DNA of 64,000 nucleotides from an uncultured Porphyromonadaceae bacterium (GTDB taxonomy: Bacteria; Bacteroidota; Bacteroidia; Bacteroidales; Muribaculaceae): positions 4,323 to 68,322 of the forward strand of contig CAMWNI010000005.1 in NCBI GenBank assembly GCA_947175545.1, written 5' to 3'. The position numbers and the translations under genes were made by a program. Positions 59,386 through 64,000 of this stretch are shown here, piece after piece. How positions within the stretch are numbered: position 1 is the stretch's first letter; each line of letters starts with the position of its first letter. Under the pieces are notes generated by a model. It was not told where the DNA came from. It ran no database searches and saw only the letters and a list, made by a program, of their open reading frames with translations.

Positions 59386-60620
59386 TTTATGATTGTTGCA
59401 CTGAGAAGGCGCTCAAAGCGTGCGCCCGGCTCCCGCTGATAGAGGAGCAGCAGATATTCATTGTCGGTTTCGTAGTAGTCTCCCTCAATCGGGTTGCGCT
59501 CTGATTTGTCAGCCGGGCTGACCACATACTGATAATTATAGAGGCCCTGTTTGAGCAGCAGCGTTTTGACGTAGGCGCCGAGCTGCTCGTTATAGACCAT
59601 TCTGGAGTCAGCGTCAAGGCGGCGGTTGGTCAGGTCGCCTTCGAGATAGACATCGCCATGGCTTAGGCGGGGCATTTCGAGTTGGAAATGAGTGACGAGA
59701 TAGTCTGCCTCAATGTCCGGGTCGTCGCTGAACAGCAGATTTGGGAAAAAACGGCCTGCCTGTCCTTCGTCGTAGATGTAGCGGTCATAGGCTCTTGGCT
59801 TGTCGGTCAGCAGTTTGACGTGAAAGTAAGGTTCAATGAGCATGTATTCCTCAATGCCCATGCCCGGATAGCGCACATTTGTTGATTCAAAGCGTCGGTA
59901 TTCATTCCCCGCGGGGAAAATAAGTTCTTTCTGATGGGCATAGACTGTGCGCCCGGGAAGGATTCGCTGCGGTTTGTCAAGGCTGTGTGTAAGCGAGCCG
60001 TTGCGGACAATCACGAGCCGAAGGTCGTTCAGCGGGTCGGCAATTCGCGCACCTTCAAGGTCGGCTTCGATTTCAAGCTGTTGATGGCGTGAATTATAGT
60101 CAACGTCTGTACTTGAGGTGATTTTAGCGCTCAACGGCACTTTTTCTTCGCTGACCATGAAGCGGGCTTGTAACAGAACCTCGTCAGGGTCCGAGTCGTC
60201 GAAAACCTGAATCAGATAGTTGCCGGAGAGAAGCGGCTGAATGTCTTCGTTTGGCAGAGTCAGGTCGTAGTGGACGTAATGGACAAGAGTCCGCTGCGAA
60301 AGCGCGTAGGAATATATTTCGCCAATGTTGAATCCATTGACAAACTCGGTTTCGGAAATCTGAGTCGGATTCCAGTCTGAGTCGCAATGAATCAGGCGGT
60401 AACGGAGATAGCGGTTGTCTTCGGCCAGTTCGTCGAAACTAAGCCTGACGAAACTGCCTCCGGCCCCGAGGGTTAAAATCGGGGGCAGAAGCGGATTTTC
60501 GGCATTGCTGATGCGAAGCGACTTGAAATCGGGGTCGAAAACTCCGGTGCGGGTGTCAGTTGTTGCAAAAGCAACAATCGCCACTGTCAACAGCAGCAGT
60601 AAGTCAATAGCCCTCTTCAT
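59382..60620 (-). CDS. DUF5103-family protein (T9SS plug-protein-like family, from recollection)
   Basis: Signal peptide, then VFDPDFKSLRI...LSFDEL......YRLIHCDSDWNP, which is typical of DUF5103. Confidence 0.55.
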   Translation of the reverse strand: MKRAIDLLLLLTVAIVAFATTDTRTGVFDPDFKSLRISNAENPLLPPILTLGAGGSFVRLSFDELAEDNRYLRYRLIHCDSDWNPTQISETEFVNGFNIGEIYSYALSQRTLVHYVHYDLTLPNEDIQPLLSGNYLIQVFDDSDPDEVLLQARFMVSEEKVPLSAKITSSTDVDYNSRHQQLEIEADLEGARIADPLNDLRLVIVRNGSLTHSLDKPQRILPGRTVYAHQKELIFPAGNEYRRFESTNVRYPGMGIEEYMLIEPYFHVKLLTDKPRAYDRYIYDEGQAGRFFPNLLFSDDPDIEADYLVTHFQLEMPRLSHGDVYLEGDLTNRRLDADSRMVYNEQLGAYVKTLLLKQGLYNYQYVVSPADKSERNPIEGDYYETDNEYLLLLYQREPGARFERLLSATIIK

Positions 60621-60969
60621 TCATAATTTCGATGGCGTCACAAATCAGGTCTGTACAGGGTTTGCGGCCGGGTTTGCGCAAGTCGCGACAGGCAATCTGG
60701 CCGCAATTGCGCTCCTCGAACTTCTCAATGAGCCGGCGCACCTTGGCGTAAAGTTCCTGCTTGGTCTCCGGTCCGGAATATTGCTTCATTGCGGCAACAA
60801 CGGCCATAGCGTTGGCTGCGCCGCAGATATTTCCCGTTGCGGCAATCCCGGTTCCGAGAGCGGCTACGGCAGATTCAAGTTCAGGATTATGGACCATTGC
60901 GACACATTGGGCGCAGTTAAAACCCTGCCGACGCAGTTCGAGAGCCTGTTTTTTCAGATTTTCTACCAT
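60604..60969 (-). CDS. C_GCAxxG_C_C-family protein
   Basis: Contains FNCAQC and ICGAANA followed by two further Cys (C..IAC, C.DLIC). Confidence 0.75.
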   Translation of the reverse strand: MVENLKKQALELRRQGFNCAQCVAMVHNPELESAVAALGTGIAATGNICGAANAMAVVAAMKQYSGPETKQELYAKVRRLIEKFEERNCGQIACRDLRKPGRKPCTDLICDAIEIMNEEGY

Positions 60970-61622
60970 ACGATTGGTTCAATATTGTGGAGTTTGAGAT
61001 AGGCGTTGGCGCGCGAGAAGTGGCGACAGCCGAAGAAGCCGCGATGGGCGCTAAGAGGTGACGGATGGGGCGCCTTGAGAATCAGATGGCGCTGAGAATC
61101 AATCAGCGGAGTCTTTTTGCCCGCGTGCGCTCCCCAAAGCAGGAAAACGAGATTGTCGCGTTCGTCCGACAGGGCCTTGATTGCCGCGTCGGTCATCACT
61201 TCCCATCCCATTCCGGAGTGCGAGGCCGGGCGATGGGCTTTCACGGTCAGCGACGAGTTCAGCAGGAGAACACCCTGTCGGGCCCATCGGGTCAAATCGC
61301 CGTCGGCGGGCATCGGAGCGCCGGTGTCAGTCTGCACTTCCTTGAAAATATTGAGCAGCGATGGCGGCATCTGCACTCCGGAAGCAACGGAGAATGCCAG
61401 GCCGTTTGCCTGACCCGGGCCGTGATATGGGTCCTGGCCGATGATAACAACCTTGACCTGTTCAAACGGACAAGCGTCAAGTGCGGCGAAAATCTTGCCG
61501 GCGGGCGGGAAAATAACGTCATTCGCATACTCGTTGCGAACAAATTCGGCAATTCGAGACCATTCGTCGGAGGCGAATACCGCGGCAAGTTTCTGTTTCC
61601 AACTTTCGTCAATTCTTATCAT
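60963..61622 (-). CDS. ung: Uracil-DNA glycosylase (family 1)
   Basis: Start chosen at MIRIDESWK. Contains VVIIGQDPYHGPGQANGLAFSV and HPSPLSA motifs. Confidence 0.95.
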   Translation of the reverse strand: MIRIDESWKQKLAAVFASDEWSRIAEFVRNEYANDVIFPPAGKIFAALDACPFEQVKVVIIGQDPYHGPGQANGLAFSVASGVQMPPSLLNIFKEVQTDTGAPMPADGDLTRWARQGVLLLNSSLTVKAHRPASHSGMGWEVMTDAAIKALSDERDNLVFLLWGAHAGKKTPLIDSQRHLILKAPHPSPLSAHRGFFGCRHFSRANAYLKLHNIEPIVW

Positions 61623-61627
61623 AACCG

Positions 61628-61635
61628 CAAAGTTA
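61628..61635 (-). promoter_or_regulatory. -7 box TAACTTTG 5 nt upstream of the ung ATG
   Basis: Exact TAnnTTTG match on the minus strand. Implies a near-leaderless ung operon mRNA. Confidence 0.45.
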
Positions 61636-61778
61636 CAAAAAAAACGGCGCACCGGCAACCCGTATTGTCGGACAGGGTCTAAAGTGTTTTGCTCTCTAAT
61701 GGACAGATTTATGATTTTTTAAGACGTATGACTGGCGGATTTTTCGTAACTTAGCGGGCAAAACAGACAAATTGAGAC

Positions 61779-62402
61779 ATGAAACTCTTCCCAAGAATAC
61801 TGATACTGACCGGACTGTCAATGCTTCCGCTGATGGCGTCGGCAAAGTCATCTATTGAGAAATATCATGACGAAATCGCGGAAATGAGCGTCGATGCCAA
61901 TCTGATGTCGCCTGAAGTCCGTAATAAGTTCATTGAGCCGGTCAAGGCCCGCATGGCTGACCTTTGCGCACGGTTGAGGAAGGCAAACCTTGATGCTGAC
62001 GCCAATGAGCGTGGCGGGCTTGTCGTTGCGGTGACGATTCCGGCTGCTGAGATTTTCGCGCCGAACGACACGCTGGTGGCGCCATACGGGGTCAAACCGC
62101 TGATGACGCTTTCACGCCATCTGAAGGTTCCGGACTATTATAAGGTGCTTGTTACGGTTCATAGCGATGACACCGGGAACGAAGACTACCTTAATCACCT
62201 CACGCGCACACGAGCGGATGCTATTGTCAACTGGTTTGAGAGCCAGGGCCTGAAAACCGACGGAATCATTCCTTATGGCATGGGCTTCGACGAGCCGCTC
62301 TCGGTTGAGCCGAGCCGGAGTGCCAGAGCGCTGAACCGCCGTGTGGAAATCTATTTCGTGCCGGGTCCGAAGATGATTGATGATGTTAAATCTGGCCGTT
62401 AA
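61779..62402 (+). CDS. OmpA-like (C-terminal peptidoglycan-binding domain) periplasmic protein
   Basis: Signal peptide. Contains HSDDTGNEDYLNHLTRTRADAIVNWF and NRRVEIYF. Confidence 0.8.
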   Translation: MKLFPRILILTGLSMLPLMASAKSSIEKYHDEIAEMSVDANLMSPEVRNKFIEPVKARMADLCARLRKANLDADANERGGLVVAVTIPAAEIFAPNDTLVAPYGVKPLMTLSRHLKVPDYYKVLVTVHSDDTGNEDYLNHLTRTRADAIVNWFESQGLKTDGIIPYGMGFDEPLSVEPSRSARALNRRVEIYFVPGPKMIDDVKSGR

Positions 62403-62487
62403 CATTTTTTTTCTCTAACTTTTGTGCGTTTGCCGTGTTTATCTTATAAAATTTAATCTACGAACCTTAAAAAAAGAAAAAACGGCT

Positions 62488-63783
62488 ATGAATACCGCAC
62501 CACTTCAAGGAATCAAGGTAATCGACTTCACGAGCGTGCAGTCCGGACCTTCGTGTACACAACTTCTTGCATGGCTTGGCGCTGACGTGATCAAGATTGA
62601 ACGTCCCGGCACCGGTGACGCCACCCGTGATGAACTTCAGTTTGATCCTGACTGTCCGAGCTATTACTTTCTGCAACTCAACTCGGATAAGAAATCGCTG
62701 ACACTTGATGCCGCCACTCCTGACGGCAAGGCAATTCTGACAAAGCTCCTTGAGACGGCCGACGTGTTTATTGAGAATCTTCACCCCGGAGCAATGGATA
62801 AGCTCGGATTTTCATGGGATGTGGTTCATAAAATCAATCCCCGCTGTGTCTATGCGACAATCAAGGGCTTCCCGGTGTCAAGCAAGTATGCTGATCTGAA
62901 GGCTTACGAGCCAGTTGCGCAGGCAACGGCCGCCGCCGCTTCAACAACCGGTTTCTATCAGGGTCCGGAAGCAATGCCTACGCAGAGCGGCGCAGCCCTC
63001 GGTGACTCGAACACCGGCATGCACTGTGCAATCGCTATTCTCGCCGCGCTGCTCCAGCGTCAGCACACCGGTGAAGGCACTTTCGTTTATCAGTCCATGC
63101 ACAATGCGTGTCTGAACCTCTGTCGAATCAAGACGCGTGACCAACTGACCCTTGACCGCATCGGCTATCTGACTCAGTTCCCGCAGTATCCTGACGGCAA
63201 ATTCGGAGACTTCGTGCCTCGCGGCGGCAACATTGAGGGTTCCGGCGTGCTTGGCTGGACATATAAGTGTAAAAACTGGGAAACCGATCCGAACGATTAT
63301 GTTTATATCATTCTTCAGCGCGGAGCCAAGGATTTCGAACTCGCTTGCAAGGCAATGGGCTTCGAAGACTGGCTGACCAACCCGGATTTCAACACTGCAG
63401 ATGCACGTGATCGCCACAAACAGGAAATCTATGACCGCATCGGGAAGTGGGCAATTGATAAGGACAAGTATGAAATCACCGATATTCTCGGCAAGGCAGG
63501 AGTCCCCGTCGGCCCCGTGCTTTCAACTAAGGAAATCATGAACGATGAGTCGCTCTATGACGGCAACACTCTTGTCCGCATCAATCAGGGCGGCAAGATT
63601 GGTGAATTTGTAACCGTCGGCGTTCCGTTCACAATGAGCAACTATCAGCCGACTTACGGCCCCTGTCCGACTCTTGGCGGAAACACGGAGGAGATTCTTG
63701 CCGACTATGGTTTCACTCCCGACCAGATTAAGGCGTTTGCCGCCAATGGCACCACAGCCCCTTTGAGCAAGCCGGCAAAGTAA
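62488..63783 (+). CDS. frc: Formyl-CoA:oxalate CoA-transferase (family III CoA-transferase)
   Basis: Start chosen at MNTAPLQGIKVIDFT. Along its length it resembles my recollection of Oxalobacter Frc (VQSGPSCTQLL..LGA.VIKIERPG.GD.TR; SGAALGDSNTGMH; VPRGGN; KCKNWETD..DYVY). Confidence 0.9.
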   Translation: MNTAPLQGIKVIDFTSVQSGPSCTQLLAWLGADVIKIERPGTGDATRDELQFDPDCPSYYFLQLNSDKKSLTLDAATPDGKAILTKLLETADVFIENLHPGAMDKLGFSWDVVHKINPRCVYATIKGFPVSSKYADLKAYEPVAQATAAAASTTGFYQGPEAMPTQSGAALGDSNTGMHCAIAILAALLQRQHTGEGTFVYQSMHNACLNLCRIKTRDQLTLDRIGYLTQFPQYPDGKFGDFVPRGGNIEGSGVLGWTYKCKNWETDPNDYVYIILQRGAKDFELACKAMGFEDWLTNPDFNTADARDRHKQEIYDRIGKWAIDKDKYEITDILGKAGVPVGPVLSTKEIMNDESLYDGNTLVRINQGGKIGEFVTVGVPFTMSNYQPTYGPCPTLGGNTEEILADYGFTPDQIKAFAANGTTAPLSKPAK

Positions 63784-63807
63784 AATCGGAAAACACACAG
63801 ACATATT

Positions 63808-64000
63808 ATGGCAAACACAACAAATACGGCGCCGGCGGCTCCGAAATTTCCGGAGCAGGTAACGGGAATGTATATTCTCGCGCGAGCGCTGAAAAACATA
63901 GGAATTAAAAATGTTTACGGTCTGGTTGGCATCCCAATCACGGAGGCCGGCTATATGATTCAGGGCCAAGGAATCCGCTTTGTCGGATTCCGCCATGAAC
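63808..64000 (+). CDS. oxc: Oxalyl-CoA decarboxylase (ThDP enzyme), N-terminal 64 codons; continues beyond the window
   Basis: Hand translation gives MANTTNTAPAAPKFPEQVTGMYILARALKNIGIKNVYGLVGIPITEAGYMIQGQGIRFVGFRHE. The G.VGIPIT....G.RF..FRHE pattern is Oxc-like. Not in the ORF track because the frame is open at the right edge. Confidence 0.8.
   Translation, partial: MANTTNTAPAAPKFPEQVTGMYILARALKNIGIKNVYGLVGIPITEAGYMIQGQGIRFVGFRHE

Overview
This 64-kb chromosomal window reads as Bacteroidota, probably Bacteroidales. The cues are TAnnTTTG -7 promoter boxes, a T9SS C-terminal sorting domain, and DUF3109/DUF5103/DUF5723-type genes; finer taxonomy cannot be established from the sequence alone. 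I call 55 protein-coding genes, two of them cut by the window edges. By eye I found no rRNA, tRNA, CRISPR array, transposase or integrase.

Layout:
- 1-16.5 kb is one same-strand respiratory cluster. A complete F1Fo ATP synthase operon (atpDC-BEFHAG) sits between nuoH and nuoI of a complex I operon that lacks nuoEFG. I see no intrinsic terminator until after nuoN.
- 16.5-21.9 kb holds a truncated DUF4373 gene, GSCFA, an OmpA/TPR/PD40 lipoprotein, a His-rich COG0523 GTPase and a small secreted His/Lys-rich protein. This block is bracketed by two inverted copies of a ~38-nt palindromic element with a conserved loop.
- 21.9-40.6 kb (minus strand) holds polA, a U32 peptidase, NlpC/P60, trxA, a 1,969-aa M60-like peptidase (four ricin-like lectin modules, two F5/8-C modules, T9SS sorting domain), gmd-fcl, dcp, a PorT-family barrel, a LysM/PBP protein and a ThiF/MoeB-like E1.
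- 40.7-47.4 kb holds a small-protein/acyltransferase/C-N hydrolase operon, a beta-helix lipoprotein, and a lipoprotein plus DUF5723 barrel pair.
- 47.4-48.4 kb holds a ~330-nt structured non-coding stretch (promoter box, alternative helices, terminator, Cys-Cys mini-ORF) in front of an AT-rich short serine-acetyltransferase-like gene.
- 48.5-64 kb holds rimP-nusA-infB-folK, a minimal wza-wzz-wzy-GT4 locus, an overlapping ung/C_GCAxxG_C_C/DUF5103/DUF3109 operon, an OmpA-like gene, and frc-oxc (oxalate catabolism; oxc is cut by the right edge).

No defence-system-like or mobile-element gene content was recognised. The most unusual items are the nested atp-in-nuo super-operon, the structured RNA/leader at 47.5 kb, the palindromic element pair, the giant M60-like T9SS cargo, and the lipoprotein/DUF5723 module.
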